Source: Chloroflexota bacterium (GTDB lineage: Bacteria > Chloroflexota > Anaerolineae > Anaerolineales > E44-bin32). From it: a stretch of DNA of 64,000 nt. The stretch is from positions 9,051-73,050 of the forward strand of contig JADFRG010000009.1 of the NCBI GenBank assembly GCA_022561385.1, read 5' to 3'. The notes under the pieces are model-generated. The model was not told the origin of the DNA. It searched no databases and saw nothing but the letters and a program-made list of their open reading frames with translations. The stretch's first letter is position 1. Each line of letters begins with the position of its first letter. The translations under genes were made by a program, and so were the position numbers. Positions 34,112-45,609 of the stretch are shown here, in pieces.

Positions 34112-34168
34112 CTAGCGAATGTTGTGTCTGGGATCAGTTAGAGCATCATAATCAATAGGAGAGTTCAT

Positions 34169-34465
34169 ATGTCGCTTAATCTCAAACCCTTGGGTGACCG
34201 CCTGGTTGTCAAGCCTCTGGAAGAAGAAGAGGTGACACCCAGCGGCATCGTACTCCCGGAGACCGCAAAGGAGAAACCCCAGAAGGGGGAGGTATTGGCG
34301 GTGGGCCCAGGTGCCCGCGACGACGACGGCAAACGCATCGAGATGGACGTTTCGGTCGGCGATAAAGTGCTTTTTGCTAAATATGGTGGTACTGAAATCA
34401 AGATGGATACTGAGAAGCTCTTAATTCTTCGTGAGAGCGACATTCTGGCAATCCTCGACGAATAA
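34169..34465 (+). CDS. groES: Co-chaperonin GroES
   Basis: [28 protein letters not shown]. Confidence 0.98.
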   Translation: MSLNLKPLGDRLVVKPLEEEEVTPSGIVLPETAKEKPQKGEVLAVGPGARDDDGKRIEMDVSVGDKVLFAKYGGTEIKMDTEKLLILRESDILAILDE

Positions 34466-34498
34466 TCCTGAACAACCTTTAGGAGGGTAACAACAAAG

Positions 34499-36133
34499 AT
34501 GACGGCTAAACAGTTAGCATTCGCGGAGGACGCCCGGCGCCGACTCAAGGACGGCATTGACGTCTTGGCCAACGCAGTGGCCACCACCCTTGGCCCCAAG
34601 GGGCGCAATGTCGCCCTGGATCGTAAGTTCGGATCACCGACCATCACACACGACGGCGTGACCGTTGCAAAAGAAGTCGAACTGGAAGATCCCTATGAAA
34701 ACATGGGGGCCCAGCTGCTCAAGGAAGCGGCAACCAAAACCAACGATATCGCGGGCGACGGCACGACCACTTCCACCGTCCTCGCGCATGCGATGGTCAG
34801 CGACGGCCTGAAGAACCTGTCGGCCGGCGCCGATCCTATGATGCTCAAACGCGGCATCGAGCGCGCGGCAAAGGAAGTTGCCGACGCTCTCACCGATATG
34901 GCCATTGACGTCACCACCAAGGAAGAGATCGCCTCGGTGGCGGCCATTTCGGCCCAGGACACCGACATCGGCGACTTGATCGCCGAAGTGATGGACAAGG
35001 TCGGCAAGGACGGCGTGATCACGGTCGAAGAATCCAAAGGCCTGGAATTTGAGACCGAGTACGTAGAAGGTATGCAGTTCGATCGCGGGTACATTTCGCC
35101 TTACTTCGTTACCGATCCCGAAAACATGGAGGCGATGGTAGAGGAGCCTTATGTACTGATTCACGACAAGAAGATCTCCGCGGCCACCGACATCGTTCCG
35201 CTGTTGGAAAAGTTGGTCCAGGTGGGCAAGCGGGACCTGGTTGTGATAGCCGAAGACATCGACGGTGAGGCATTGGCCACGCTGGTGCTCAACAAGCTGC
35301 GCGGCATGCTGAACGTCTTGGCGGTCAAGGCACCCGGATTCGGCGATCGCCGCAAGGCGATGCTGCAGGATATTGCGGTGTTGACCGGCGGGACCGTGAT
35401 CACCGAAGAGTTAGGGCGGAAGCTGGAGTCGGTCACCATCAACGACTTGGGCCAGGCCGGGAAAGTGTCTGCCACGAAGGACGACACCACCGTGATCGAA
35501 GGCAAGGGCGACAGCGACAAGATCAAGGGGCGCATCGAGGAGATCAAGGTTGAAATCGATCGCTCGACCAGTGACTACGACAAGGAGAAGCTGCAGGAGC
35601 GGCTCGCCAAACTTTCCGGCGGCGTAGCGGTCATTCGCGTCGGCGCGGCTACCGAGACGGAACTTAAGGAAAAGAAACATCGTGTCGAAGATGCACTGTC
35701 CGCAACCCGCGCCGCGGTGGAGGAAGGTATCGTTCCGGGCGGCGGGGTGGCGCTGATCAATGCCTTGAAGTCAATCGAGAAGCTCTCGGACGATGACCCC
35801 GATATCAACACCGGCATCAAAGTTGTGCGAAGCGCGCTTGAGACGCCGCTCAGGGGTATCACGCGCAATGCCGGGAAGGAAGGCGCGGTCATCGTAGAAG
35901 GCGTGCGGCGAAAGCAGGAAGAGGCCAAGAACGACAAGATCGGCTACGACGTGCTCACCGGGGAGTACGTGGATATGGTGGAGGCCGGCATCATCGACCC
36001 GGCCAAGGTCACGAAGGGCGCGCTTGAAAATGCGGCCTCGATCGCGGCCATGATCCTCACCACCGAAGCCCTGATCACCGATATTCCGGAAGACGACAAG
36101 ATGCCGGCCGCACCCCCGATGCCGGATTATTAG
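34499..36133 (+). CDS. groEL: Chaperonin GroEL
   Basis: [33 protein letters not shown]. Confidence 0.98.
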   Translation: MTAKQLAFAEDARRRLKDGIDVLANAVATTLGPKGRNVALDRKFGSPTITHDGVTVAKEVELEDPYENMGAQLLKEAATKTNDIAGDGTTTSTVLAHAMVSDGLKNLSAGADPMMLKRGIERAAKEVADALTDMAIDVTTKEEIASVAAISAQDTDIGDLIAEVMDKVGKDGVITVEESKGLEFETEYVEGMQFDRGYISPYFVTDPENMEAMVEEPYVLIHDKKISAATDIVPLLEKLVQVGKRDLVVIAEDIDGEALATLVLNKLRGMLNVLAVKAPGFGDRRKAMLQDIAVLTGGTVITEELGRKLESVTINDLGQAGKVSATKDDTTVIEGKGDSDKIKGRIEEIKVEIDRSTSDYDKEKLQERLAKLSGGVAVIRVGAATETELKEKKHRVEDALSATRAAVEEGIVPGGGVALINALKSIEKLSDDDPDINTGIKVVRSALETPLRGITRNAGKEGAVIVEGVRRKQEEAKNDKIGYDVLTGEYVDMVEAGIIDPAKVTKGALENAASIAAMILTTEALITDIPEDDKMPAAPPMPDY

Positions 36134-36163
36134 ACCGCTGCGGACGAACTCCCAACGGGAAGC

Positions 36164-36196
36164 AACAGCCCCTTCCATTGGAAGGGGCTGTTTTCT
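36164..36196 (+). terminator. Intrinsic terminator after groEL
   Basis: AACAGCCCCTTCC-ATT-GGAAGGGGCTGTT perfect 13-bp stem followed by TTCT. Confidence 0.9.
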
Positions 36197-36291
36197 GTAG
36201 GAGGTCGATGTGTTGGCCGAGAAATTGACCTCCTGAACCAAGATAGTTTGGCTTAGCCGGGCGACAAGTCCTCCGACGAACTACAACTGGC

Positions 36292-36468
36292 CTAGGTCAG
36301 CCAGGTAACAAGTCCTCCTATAACAACCAGAACCGCGAGCGCCGCACAACCCAGAGTAAACAGGCGCACCGTAAACCTCAGCGCCACCCGCAGCACCATC
36401 CATGTTACGACTGCGCCCACAATCACGATCACCGCTTTGATCGCGGCAGGTAATTCAAAAAATTCCAT
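36292..36468 (-). CDS. Small 58-aa two-TM membrane protein absent from ORF track
   Basis: GGAGG RBS, ATG, MEFFELPAAIKAVIVIVGAVVTWMVLRVALRFTVRLFTLGCAALAVLVVIGGLVTWLT, TAG. Confidence 0.7.
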   Translation of the reverse strand: MEFFELPAAIKAVIVIVGAVVTWMVLRVALRFTVRLFTLGCAALAVLVVIGGLVTWLT

Positions 36469-36617
36469 ATCGCCTCCGACCCACGAAGAACCGGCCCACT
36501 TGGTATCAGAAGGTACAAGGTTCGTGCCAGATTGTCAGTCCAGATGGCGATTGGGGTGCACCTTCGGGATCAGCGGATCGGGGCGGGAGGTCGAACGAAT
36601 AATGCTAGTTTTTCACG

Positions 36618-37781
36618 TTATGGCGCCACGGCCACTCGCTCGCCTCGTTCTCGAACAAAGGCCAGCAGGAGCCCAAGCGCCAGTAAATTGAGTATCGCAC
36701 TGACCGCTCCGTTTGCGCCCAGCCCGATGCTGAACAACGGTCCCCCCGCCAGCGCGCCCAGACTACGACCCAGCGAGAACGCGGCGATGTTGGTTGCCAT
36801 CAGTGTCGCGCGCGAGCTGGGGGTCTGCTCGGTCATCAGAGGCAGCGAGCTCACGATCGTAAATTCGAAAAAAAGATAGAAAAAGAAAACTCCCACCAAA
36901 GCGCCGGGCAGCGTCCTGCCAAGGATCGGGAGCGCCAAGGCGGCGAATGTAGTTAACAGGAGACCGATCGCCACCGATCGCTTCTTTCCGATTCGATCCG
37001 CGATGCCAGCTACGAGCCCTTCGCCGCCAAGTTCTGCCAACCCGATAATGGCACTCGCCGCGCCCAGGGCTGCGACGGAAAGGGCAAACGCCTCCTCAAA
37101 CCAGAGGCCAAAAACAATGCTCACGACCTCGTTGCCGGCGGCCATGAGCAAACTGACCCCGAGGAGCACCACGGCCGATCTGCGTGCGAGAATAGACTTG
37201 AACCGGTCAAGTAGTTTAGGTCCGGACGACTCGGGAGGGCGGTCTGCGGGAAGAGATCGCCACAGCCATACACCTCCCAGGACTGCCAGGCCGGCCAATA
37301 TTGGAAACGGTGATTGCCACCCCCAGGCCGCAATGGCCAGACCGACCAGGGGTATGCCTACCAGGAAGGCAACCGACCAGCTCAACTCGACGAGTGCCAT
37401 GGGTTTGCCCCTGCGCTCGAAGGGCACGCGGTCCCCGAGATACGCATATTGGGCCGGATCCATTATGATTTTCGAGAGCCCGGTGGCAAGGATGGCAATG
37501 AACAATGCCACGTAAATGGGCCAGATTCCCACCAACACCATTCCCCCCGCGAATATGCAAACCCCCCCCAGAATCGCCAGTCTGCGACCGCGCAGGTCGC
37601 CCAACGAGCCCAGTATCGGGCTTGCGAGGCCCAGGCCAGATCTTGCGGTTATCGCCAACACAATCGCCTGCGGCTCCACACCCACGCCTCGAGCCAGTAC
37701 CGGCAAAAACGGATAAACCATCCGGGCCCCGGTATTGATAACCGTGCGCGTGAGGGTGATTGCGAACAGCTGCAGGCGCAT
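36618..37781 (-). CDS. MFS transporter
   Basis: ~12 TM; GSLGDLRGRR and ADRIGKK MFS loop motifs. Confidence 0.9.
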   Translation of the reverse strand: MRLQLFAITLTRTVINTGARMVYPFLPVLARGVGVEPQAIVLAITARSGLGLASPILGSLGDLRGRRLAILGGVCIFAGGMVLVGIWPIYVALFIAILATGLSKIIMDPAQYAYLGDRVPFERRGKPMALVELSWSVAFLVGIPLVGLAIAAWGWQSPFPILAGLAVLGGVWLWRSLPADRPPESSGPKLLDRFKSILARRSAVVLLGVSLLMAAGNEVVSIVFGLWFEEAFALSVAALGAASAIIGLAELGGEGLVAGIADRIGKKRSVAIGLLLTTFAALALPILGRTLPGALVGVFFFYLFFEFTIVSSLPLMTEQTPSSRATLMATNIAAFSLGRSLGALAGGPLFSIGLGANGAVSAILNLLALGLLLAFVRERGERVAVAP

Positions 37782-37784
37782 GGG

Positions 37785-38303
37785 TTAACTTCCCCAGCGT
37801 TCGTAGGAACTGACTTCGGAAAGCGATTTTCGCCCCCCGGCATGAGGCGTGGCGGTCAGAGTGCTGGAATCTTCAGGGTAGCCGAGAGAAAGGACGGCCC
37901 GAGCATGTAGGTCGGCAGGGAAGCCCAACAAATCGCGGGCCCGTTCGGGCTCGTAGAGCGTCACCGGGCAGGAGCCGATGCCCAGGTCCCAGGCCGTGAG
38001 CTGCATGTATGCCGCAGCTTGACCGGCGTCGAACATGATCGACCAACGTTCCGCGGGGTCGGGAGTGAGGATGACAATTGCGGCCGCCGCCCCGGCGAGC
38101 TGTTTGGCGAATCGACCCAACTGCGAAAGCTCGGCCAGGATTTCCCGGTCGCGCACAACGATAAAGTGCCATGCCTGCCGATTCTTTGCAGACTGAGCGC
38201 GACGCCCCGCATTGATGACCTGCGCTAGCTGCTCCTCAGGTATTGGTTCGTCCGAGAACTCTCTCACGGCCCGTTTCATTTTGATGACCTGACTGACTTC
38301 CAT
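37785..38303 (-). CDS. Nitroreductase family protein (start revised to ATG 38303)
   Basis: RAVREFSDEPI, QSAKNRQAWHF, AWDLGIGSC, SLGYP. Confidence 0.88.
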   Translation of the reverse strand: MEVSQVIKMKRAVREFSDEPIPEEQLAQVINAGRRAQSAKNRQAWHFIVVRDREILAELSQLGRFAKQLAGAAAAIVILTPDPAERWSIMFDAGQAAAYMQLTAWDLGIGSCPVTLYEPERARDLLGFPADLHARAVLSLGYPEDSSTLTATPHAGGRKSLSEVSSYERWGS

Positions 38304-38419
38304 AGGTATTTCCCTCGCGTCGGCGCGATGGATTTTACTCTCCCGCTCGCGGCCGGAGCTGGTAAAAGAAGGCATGGTATCATTGCCCCCTTTCACAGAA
38401 TCCTGACGAAAGGAGCACC

Positions 38420-39778
38420 TTGAAGAACCTGACGGTCGTCGGAGTGGGTCATGTGGGCCTCGTAACCGGGGCCTGTTTTGCGGACCTTGGAAATAGGGTC
38501 ATCGCCCTGGACACGGATCAGGCGCGCGTCGAGGGGCTCCAGAGGGGCCAGATGCCGATTTATGAGCCTGGATTGGAGGAACTGGTCTCGCGCAACGTAT
38601 CCGCGGGGCGGCTGACCTTCACCAGTTCATATGACGAAGCCATTCGAGACGCCGAGTTCGTCTTCATTTCCGTGGGCACCCCGGGCGGCGTGGAGGGCGA
38701 GGCCGACATGAAATACGTCCGCCAAGCCGCAGAATCCATTGCGGAAGCGATGATTGCCCCTCTGATTATTGTCAACAAGTCAACCGTCCCCGTCGGCACC
38801 GGCGATTGGGTAGCGGATATTATCCAATCCCATCAGAAGGTCTCGATCCCCTTTTCTGTGGTTTCCAATCCTGAATTCCTGCGTGAGGGAGCGGCAATAT
38901 CCGACTTCATGAGCCCCGCCCGCACCGTGCTTGGGTCCACCGATGCTCGGGCAGCTGAAAAGGTGGCCCAACTGCATCTTCCGCTTCGCGCACCGATCGT
39001 GATCACGGATCTGCGAACGGCGGAAATGATCAAATACGCCTCGAACGCTTTTTTGGCCACCAAGATCTCTTTTATCAATGAGATCGCCAATATCTGCGAG
39101 GCGCTCGGGGCCGACATTAAGGAAGTGGCTACCGGCATGGGCTACGATCCACGAATCACGCGCTCATTTCTCGACGCGGGTCTCGGATATGGCGGGTCGT
39201 GTTTTCCTAAGGACGTCAAAGCCTTAGCTTACATGGCGGAGGAGAAAGGCCGGCACCCACAACTCCTACATGCGGTTATGGAAATCAACCAGGATCGGCG
39301 CTCCCAGCTGGTTGAAAAAGCGCGCGAGCTCATGGGCGGCCTCGAGGGCAAGAAAGTTGGTTTGCTTGGCCTCACCTTCAAACCCAACACGGATGATCTA
39401 CGAGAAGCACCGGCCCTGGACGTGGCGGAGCTCCTGCTGCAAGAGGGAGCACAGGTGGTGGCCTACGATCCAGTTGGCATGGAGGGTGCAACCCACCTGA
39501 TGCCGGATATCGAAATGGCGGGGGATGCCTACGCCCTGGCCGATCAGGCAGATGCCATTATTGTGTGTACGGAGTGGAACGAATTCATACAGCTTGATCT
39601 GGAACGCATCCGCGATTTGATGCGCGAGCCGGTGATCATCGACGGCCGTAACATCTACGACCCCAAAGAGGTGGTACGGCTGGGATTCAAATACGTTGGG
39701 TTTGGGCAGGGCTACGGCGCCGACGAGTCGGCGGCAGCCCAGACCGAACGCTCAAGGGAAGGTCAACCCAGCCTATGA
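38420..39778 (+). CDS. ugd: UDP-glucose/GDP-mannose 6-dehydrogenase
   Basis: [38 protein letters not shown]. Confidence 0.94.
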   Translation: MKNLTVVGVGHVGLVTGACFADLGNRVIALDTDQARVEGLQRGQMPIYEPGLEELVSRNVSAGRLTFTSSYDEAIRDAEFVFISVGTPGGVEGEADMKYVRQAAESIAEAMIAPLIIVNKSTVPVGTGDWVADIIQSHQKVSIPFSVVSNPEFLREGAAISDFMSPARTVLGSTDARAAEKVAQLHLPLRAPIVITDLRTAEMIKYASNAFLATKISFINEIANICEALGADIKEVATGMGYDPRITRSFLDAGLGYGGSCFPKDVKALAYMAEEKGRHPQLLHAVMEINQDRRSQLVEKARELMGGLEGKKVGLLGLTFKPNTDDLREAPALDVAELLLQEGAQVVAYDPVGMEGATHLMPDIEMAGDAYALADQADAIIVCTEWNEFIQLDLERIRDLMREPVIIDGRNIYDPKEVVRLGFKYVGFGQGYGADESAAAQTERSREGQPSL

Positions 39779-41064
39779 GCGAGGCCGTCCTACGCACCCG
39801 GCTCCGCAATGGTTTAGAAGTCCGGCTCAAAGAAATCCACACCGCGCCTCTTATCAGCTCTTGGGTCTGGTATCGGGTGGGCGCGCGCAACGAGGTCCCC
39901 GGGATCACCGGAATCTCCCACTGGGTCGAACATATGCAGTTTAAGGGCACTCCGCTCTTTCCAACCGGAACGCTCGACCGCGCCATCTCCCGAGAGGGGG
40001 GTACCTGGAACGCGTTCACCTGGATGGACTGGACCGCCTATTTCGAAACCATGCCTCAAGATCGGATCGAGCTTGCCCTGAGGGTCGAAGCCGACCGCAT
40101 GCAGAACAGTCTATTCGATCCGGCGGAGGTCGAATCTGAGCGCTCTGTGATCATTTCAGAACGCGAAGGCAGCGAAAACGAGCCCACCTTCCGCCTGTCC
40201 GAGGAAGTGCATGCGGCCGCCTTTCGAGTTCACCCCTATCACCACATGACCATAGGGGATATGGCGGATCTACACACCATCTCGCGGGATGACTTGTACG
40301 GACACTACAAGAGGCACTATCTGCCTGGCAACGCCGTGTTGGCCGTTGCCGGCAATTTCAAAACGAGCACCATGCTGCGACGCGTTCGGGAGCTTTTTGG
40401 CTCCATCCCCAGCGGGCCAATACCCGAGTACTCGAATCGGCCGGAACCCGAGCAGCCGGGCGAGCGACGGGTCACCGTCGAGGGGCCGGGCCAGACCTCT
40501 TTTCTCGAACTGGCGTACCAGGGCCCCGAGGCCACTCACGAGGATTTTGTACCGATGGCAGTGCTCGACAGCGCATTGACCGGAGCCTCAAACCTCAATC
40601 TGTTTGGGGGCGGGATTTCGAACAAAACCTCCCGCCTCTACAAGAAGCTCGTGGAGGGTGAGTTGGCGGCCTCCGTCGTAGGGGGTTTGGCGGCCACCGT
40701 CCATCCCTATCTGTATTCAATTATGGTTACGGTGAGACCGGAAAGTTCTCCTGAGAAGGTGTTGACCGCTCTAGACGAAGAGATCGAGAGGATGTTGGAT
40801 AAGGCGGTGACGGTAGAGGAAGTAGCGCGGGCCATCAAGCAGGCCAAAGCTCTGTTCGCATACGCGAGTGAGAGCATAACCAACCAGGGCTTCTGGCTCG
40901 GGTACAGCGAAATGTTTGCGGACTACGCCTGGTTCGAAACCTACCTCGACCGTCTGTCGAAGGTTACCCCAGACCAGGTGCTCGAAGTGGCCAGAAAGCG
41001 ACTGGTTCCCACGAAGCGAGTGGTAGGAGTGTACCGTCCCAATGGGACAGCTGCCGCGGCTTGA
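39775..41064 (+). CDS. M16 family zinc peptidase, catalytic subunit
   Basis: HWVEH inverted zinc motif (HxxEH), [16 protein letters not shown]. Confidence 0.92.
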   Translation: MSEAVLRTRLRNGLEVRLKEIHTAPLISSWVWYRVGARNEVPGITGISHWVEHMQFKGTPLFPTGTLDRAISREGGTWNAFTWMDWTAYFETMPQDRIELALRVEADRMQNSLFDPAEVESERSVIISEREGSENEPTFRLSEEVHAAAFRVHPYHHMTIGDMADLHTISRDDLYGHYKRHYLPGNAVLAVAGNFKTSTMLRRVRELFGSIPSGPIPEYSNRPEPEQPGERRVTVEGPGQTSFLELAYQGPEATHEDFVPMAVLDSALTGASNLNLFGGGISNKTSRLYKKLVEGELAASVVGGLAATVHPYLYSIMVTVRPESSPEKVLTALDEEIERMLDKAVTVEEVARAIKQAKALFAYASESITNQGFWLGYSEMFADYAWFETYLDRLSKVTPDQVLEVARKRLVPTKRVVGVYRPNGTAAAA

Positions 41065-42412
41065 TATCAAGACCCTTCCCGGCCCGGAGACGATCCTTCG
41101 GCGGGAGCTGGGCAACGGCATCACGTTCCTGGCGCGGGAAAACTTCTCCTCCCCCTCGGTAGTGGTCTCCGGATACCTGCGCGCCGGCTCGCTTCAGGAA
41201 GAGCCGGATATGGCCGGGCTGGCCTCGATGACCGCGGCATCTCTGATGCGCGGCACTCAGAAACGCAAGTTTGGCCAGATTTATGAATCCATCGAATCAA
41301 TCGGGGCACGCCTAAATTTCTCCGCCAGCAAACATAGCATTTCCTTCTCCGCAAAGGCCCTGGCAGAGGATCTGGGTGTGCTGCTTGATCTGCTCCATGA
41401 GGTCTTGTTAACTCCGACCTTTCCCAAGGCCCAGGTCGACCGCCTGCGAGCCGAAATGCTTACCGGCCTGGGTATCCGAGATCAGGAGACGAGTGCGCGT
41501 GCGGATCTGGCTTTCAACGAGCTGATTTATAAGGGTCATCCCTATGCCATACCCACGGAAGGAACTAAGGGTACCGTGGCCCAACTGACCGCCACAAACG
41601 TGCGGTCCTTTCACAGAAAGTATTTCCGACCCGCCGGAATGGTCATTTGTATCGTTGGCGGAGTAAAGGCCCGGAAGGCCGCAAATGCCGTCTCCACCCG
41701 CTTCTCAAGTTGGAAGGCGAATGGAAAGGCTCCGGATCTGAGCGTTCCATCGGTCAAACCACCTCGAGGCCTCAAGCGGGTCCGCGTCGGCCTGGAGGGA
41801 AAGAGCCAGGCCGATCTGGTGATGGGCACAGCGGGTCCGTCTCGCTCCGACCCCGATTTTCTGCTGGCCGCACTTGCAAACAACATCCTGGGGCGCTTCG
41901 GCATGTTCGGCAGGATCGGGGATGTCGTCCGCGAGCAGGCCGGCCTGGCCTATTACGCTTACAGCACGCTGGCGGGTGGAGATGGTCCAGGTCCATGGCA
42001 GGTCGTTGCAGGGGTCAATCCAAGCAATCTTGAGCAGGCCATCGAGTTGATCCGCGGGGAGTTGACCAAAATCATCAAAGAGCCCCCGGATGAGGATGAG
42101 TTGGGTGACAACAAGGCAAACTTCATTGGGCGGCTTCCGCTTCAATTAGAATCCAACGAAGGAGTGGCGGGGGCAATTGTGAACGCGGAAAGGCATTCAC
42201 TTGGGATCGACTATTTCCAGAAATACCCAGATCTTGTGGCCCGCGTAACCCGCGACGAAATCTTGCGCGTGGCTCAGCGATTTATCGACCCCGACAACCT
42301 GGCGATCGCCAGCGCGGGGCCGCCCGTCGCGGGTGGAAAACCGGCCGGTCGCAAACCGGGAAAAAAGAAAGGCGCGGGACGAAGGCCAAAGGCCCGCGGG
42401 TCCAAAACATGA
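41042..42412 (+). CDS. M16 family peptidase, non-catalytic partner subunit
   Basis: M16 fold motifs (GLASMTA..L.RGT, REQAGLAY) without HxxEH. Confidence 0.88.
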   Translation: MGQLPRLDIKTLPGPETILRRELGNGITFLARENFSSPSVVVSGYLRAGSLQEEPDMAGLASMTAASLMRGTQKRKFGQIYESIESIGARLNFSASKHSISFSAKALAEDLGVLLDLLHEVLLTPTFPKAQVDRLRAEMLTGLGIRDQETSARADLAFNELIYKGHPYAIPTEGTKGTVAQLTATNVRSFHRKYFRPAGMVICIVGGVKARKAANAVSTRFSSWKANGKAPDLSVPSVKPPRGLKRVRVGLEGKSQADLVMGTAGPSRSDPDFLLAALANNILGRFGMFGRIGDVVREQAGLAYYAYSTLAGGDGPGPWQVVAGVNPSNLEQAIELIRGELTKIIKEPPDEDELGDNKANFIGRLPLQLESNEGVAGAIVNAERHSLGIDYFQKYPDLVARVTRDEILRVAQRFIDPDNLAIASAGPPVAGGKPAGRKPGKKKGAGRRPKARGSKT

Positions 42413-42789
42413 CCTCGCTCCGCTCTGGAGTTGATGTGGTTGAAGTGGACCGTATTGACAAAGCGATCTTGCGGCATGGGCAGCGCTTCTTCGATCGATT
42501 TTATACTCCTCAAGAGCTGATTGATTCGGATGGCCAAACGCCTTCGCTCGCGGCGCGATTTGCAGCCAAAGAAGCCGTGGCCAAGGCGCTGGGCACCGGA
42601 ATCGGCGAGATAGCATGGAAGGATATTGAAGTCGTCACGGGTCCGCGCCGAGAGCCGACCCTCCGACTGCATGGGCCGGCGCGGGAGCTGGCCGACTCCT
42701 TGGGGCTTACGGATTGGGCCATCAGTTTAAGTCATACCGAACAGCACGCGGTCGCAGTCGCGGTCGCCTTTAACGCTTTCATCGACTAA
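42409..42789 (+). CDS. acpS: Holo-[acyl-carrier-protein] synthase
   Basis: [32 protein letters not shown]. Confidence 0.95.
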   Translation: MTSLRSGVDVVEVDRIDKAILRHGQRFFDRFYTPQELIDSDGQTPSLAARFAAKEAVAKALGTGIGEIAWKDIEVVTGPRREPTLRLHGPARELADSLGLTDWAISLSHTEQHAVAVAVAFNAFID

Positions 42790-42799
42790 TTAGCGCGTG

Positions 42800-42920
42800 T
42801 GATATACTGCCACGGCTCCCGCCCAAGTCCGTTCGCGGCCTGGCGGGAGTGATTGCGCACGGGGGTAACCTGCCCCGGTCGACGCAACCTACATCTGGAA
42901 CCGGGATTCGAGGAGGATAT
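42800..42920 (+). promoter_or_regulatory. Extended -10 promoter and structured 5' leader of rpsB-tsf
   Basis: TG-A-TATACT at 42800-42808; CTCCCGCC/GGCGGGAG stem; S2 autoregulatory leaders are known in other bacteria but no confident motif match here. Confidence 0.4.
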
Positions 42921-44069
42921 ATGGTCGCCGTGAGTATGAAGGACTTGCTTGAAACTGGGGTTCATTTCGGGCACCGGACTCGAAAGTGGAATCCCAGGAT
43001 GAGGCCCTTTATATTCACGGAACGAAATAACATTCACATCATTGACCTTCAGCAAACTCTTGATTCGCTGATAGAAGCATGTGCCCTGATCCGCGATACT
43101 GTTGCAGGAGGAGGAAATATCCTCTTTTTGGGCACAAAGCGCCAGGCTCAAGAAACGATCGAGCTGGAAGCCAGGCGGTGCGGCATGCCTTATGTCAACA
43201 TGCGCTGGTTGGGCGGCACGCTTACGAATTGGCAGACAATCCGAAGTCGCATCGACGAGCTCACTGAGCTCGAGCGCCGTAAGGACGAAGGCGAATTGGA
43301 CCTGCTTACGAAGAAGGAAGCGCTGACTGTAACGCGCCGAATCGACAAGCTCGAAGAGCGTCTGGGAGGTATTCGCGAAATGAAAACCGTCCCAGACCTT
43401 CTCTACGCAGTTGATGTGCGTCGGGCGGAAACCGCGATCCACGAGGCCAATCTACTCAACATCCCGGTGATTGCGCTGGTGGATACCAATTGCGATCCGA
43501 GCGGTGTGGACTACGTGATCCCCTCCAATGACGACGCAATCCGCGCGATCAAGCTGCTGACCTCCACAATCGCAGACGCGGCGCTCGAGGGCATGGAACT
43601 GCGCAAGGATTCGGATGTGGAGGACGAACAGATCGTGCCGAAGGGCCAAGAGCTCGCTGCCTCGGATATCAGCGACGAAGAGCTGTTGGGAGAAGCGACC
43701 CTGGCCAAGCTGCAGACCGGCGACTTCGATGAGAAGTTGCCTGCCACCGAGGATGAGGCCAAGACCGAAGAGGTAGTTGTGGAGACCTCTACGCCGGCGG
43801 ATGACGAAGATCAGGCCGGTGCGGAAGCCGCTGATATTGTGGCCGAAGATGACTCGGCCGTGGACGCGGTAGAGGCTGCGGCAGAGGTGGAAGAGCCCCA
43901 GGCAGTAGCCGAGGAAGACGCAGAGGCTGAAGAAGCCGAAGATGCCGCGCCTGAGGAAGAGGCCGAGGAGGCTGCGCCCGAGGGAGGGGCGGAAGCTGAG
44001 CAAAGCAGTGAAGCTGGCGAGCAAGGTAAACAAGAAGAAGAAGAAAACTCCAAACCCGAAGACGAATGA
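42921..44069 (+). CDS. rpsB: 30S ribosomal protein S2 with long acidic C-terminal extension (start ATG 42921)
   Basis: [33 protein letters not shown]; GGAGG RBS. Confidence 0.97.
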   Translation: MVAVSMKDLLETGVHFGHRTRKWNPRMRPFIFTERNNIHIIDLQQTLDSLIEACALIRDTVAGGGNILFLGTKRQAQETIELEARRCGMPYVNMRWLGGTLTNWQTIRSRIDELTELERRKDEGELDLLTKKEALTVTRRIDKLEERLGGIREMKTVPDLLYAVDVRRAETAIHEANLLNIPVIALVDTNCDPSGVDYVIPSNDDAIRAIKLLTSTIADAALEGMELRKDSDVEDEQIVPKGQELAASDISDEELLGEATLAKLQTGDFDEKLPATEDEAKTEEVVVETSTPADDEDQAGAEAADIVAEDDSAVDAVEAAAEVEEPQAVAEEDAEAEEAEDAAPEEEAEEAAPEGGAEAEQSSEAGEQGKQEEEENSKPEDE

Positions 44070-44668
44070 AAATTTCTGCTGAACAGATAAAGGCGCTCCG
44101 CCAGAAGACGGGCGCGGGTGTGCTTAATTGCCAAAAAGCGCTGGAAGAGGCCCAGGGAGATTTGGAGGCCGCCGCGAAAATTCTGCGTGAGAAAGGGATG
44201 GTTAAGGCCGCGGGGCGCTCGGGCCGCGAGGCCCGCGACGGCGTGGTCGACTTGTACAGCCATGGCGAGGGACGGCTGGGCGTCATGATCGAAGTCAGCA
44301 CGGAGACCGATTTCGTGGCGCGCACCCCAGAATTCCGAAAGTTTGCTCATGAAATGGCGCTCCAGGTTGCGGCTACCTCACCCCGCTGGGTGAGCCCGGA
44401 TGACGTTCCGGAAGAGATCCTGGAGCAGCAGCGGAGTGCGTCTCGCGAGGCTGCGCTGGCGGAGGGCAAGCCGGAAAATGTGGTGGAGCGGATTGTCGAG
44501 GGAAAACTGGAGAAATTCCTGAGCGAAGTATGTCTGATGAATCAACCCTATGTCCGAGACGAGGACCGTAAGGTTTCAGAAGTTATGCAGGACCTGATCC
44601 TCGCCACCGGCGAAAACGTTTCGATAAGACGTTTTGAGCGATGGGAGCTGGGCGAGGCGCAGGATTGA
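44066..44668 (+). CDS. tsf: Elongation factor Ts (short form)
   Basis: [28 protein letters not shown]. Confidence 0.96.
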   Translation: MKISAEQIKALRQKTGAGVLNCQKALEEAQGDLEAAAKILREKGMVKAAGRSGREARDGVVDLYSHGEGRLGVMIEVSTETDFVARTPEFRKFAHEMALQVAATSPRWVSPDDVPEEILEQQRSASREAALAEGKPENVVERIVEGKLEKFLSEVCLMNQPYVRDEDRKVSEVMQDLILATGENVSIRRFERWELGEAQD

Positions 44669-44709
44669 AGCTGAGTTATTGCCGATTGCGTTTGGTTTTC
44701 ACACGACGT

Positions 44710-44735
44710 GCCAACCTTCGGTTGGCCGCTTTTTT
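44710..44735 (+). terminator. Possible weak intrinsic terminator between tsf and pyrH
   Basis: GCCAAC-CTTCG-GTTGGC stem followed by CGCTTTTTT. Confidence 0.4.
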
Positions 44736-44758
44736 AGTGGTAAATATGAAGGGATAAA

Positions 44759-45469
44759 GTGGCGGCTTACAAGAGAGTGCTCCTGAAGCTCGGCGGAGCC
44801 TCCATGGCTCCCGCGGATGGATTTGGCGTCGACCCTGATCGCGCCGAAGATGTGGCCCACAAGGTTCAGCAGGTGAGGGACCTGGGGGTCGAGGTGGCGA
44901 TTGTCATCGGGGCTGGCAACATCTGGCGCGGACGAGAGGGAATCGAGCTTGGAATGGAGCGCGCTACTGCGGATTACATGGGCATGCTTGGAACTGTGAT
45001 CAACTCGCTGGCCCTCATGGATGCGCTTGAAAGGATCGGGGTCGACACCCGCGTGATGTCTGCCATCGAAATGCGCGCGGTTGCTGAACCCTATATCCAA
45101 CGTCGTGCGATTCGCCACCTGGAAAAGGGGCGGGTAGTGGTGCTTGGGGCGGGAACTGGAAACCCATATTTCTCGACCGATACCGCGGCCGCCCTGCGGG
45201 CTATGGAGATTGGCGCCGAAATCCTGATCAAGGCCACTAAGGTAGACGGGGTATATGAGGCCGATCCTGAGATTGATCCCAACGCCAAGCGATTCGATCG
45301 CCTGACCTACATTGAGTCTCTGAACATGCGGTTGAACGTCATGGACGCAACCGCCATCTCGCTCTGTATGGATAATGAACTCCCCATTCTGGTGCTCGAC
45401 ATGTGGCAGCCGGACAGCCTCGTCATGGCTGTTCGGGGAGAGCCCATCGGAACGCTGGTCAGCGAATAG
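44759..45469 (+). CDS. pyrH: UMP kinase
   Basis: [37 protein letters not shown]. Confidence 0.97.
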   Translation: MAAYKRVLLKLGGASMAPADGFGVDPDRAEDVAHKVQQVRDLGVEVAIVIGAGNIWRGREGIELGMERATADYMGMLGTVINSLALMDALERIGVDTRVMSAIEMRAVAEPYIQRRAIRHLEKGRVVVLGAGTGNPYFSTDTAAALRAMEIGAEILIKATKVDGVYEADPEIDPNAKRFDRLTYIESLNMRLNVMDATAISLCMDNELPILVLDMWQPDSLVMAVRGEPIGTLVSE

Positions 45470-45609
45470 ACCCCCCGATTTCAGCCTGTTCGCAAATCGT
45501 CCATTTTGCGCTATCCTATATTAGTAACTCCATTCCCCTGAGCCTGGCCACAAGGGTGGGCCATAGTCTGAGAGTGAGCCCAGTACAAACCGCAGCGAGG
45601 AGAAGCTAA

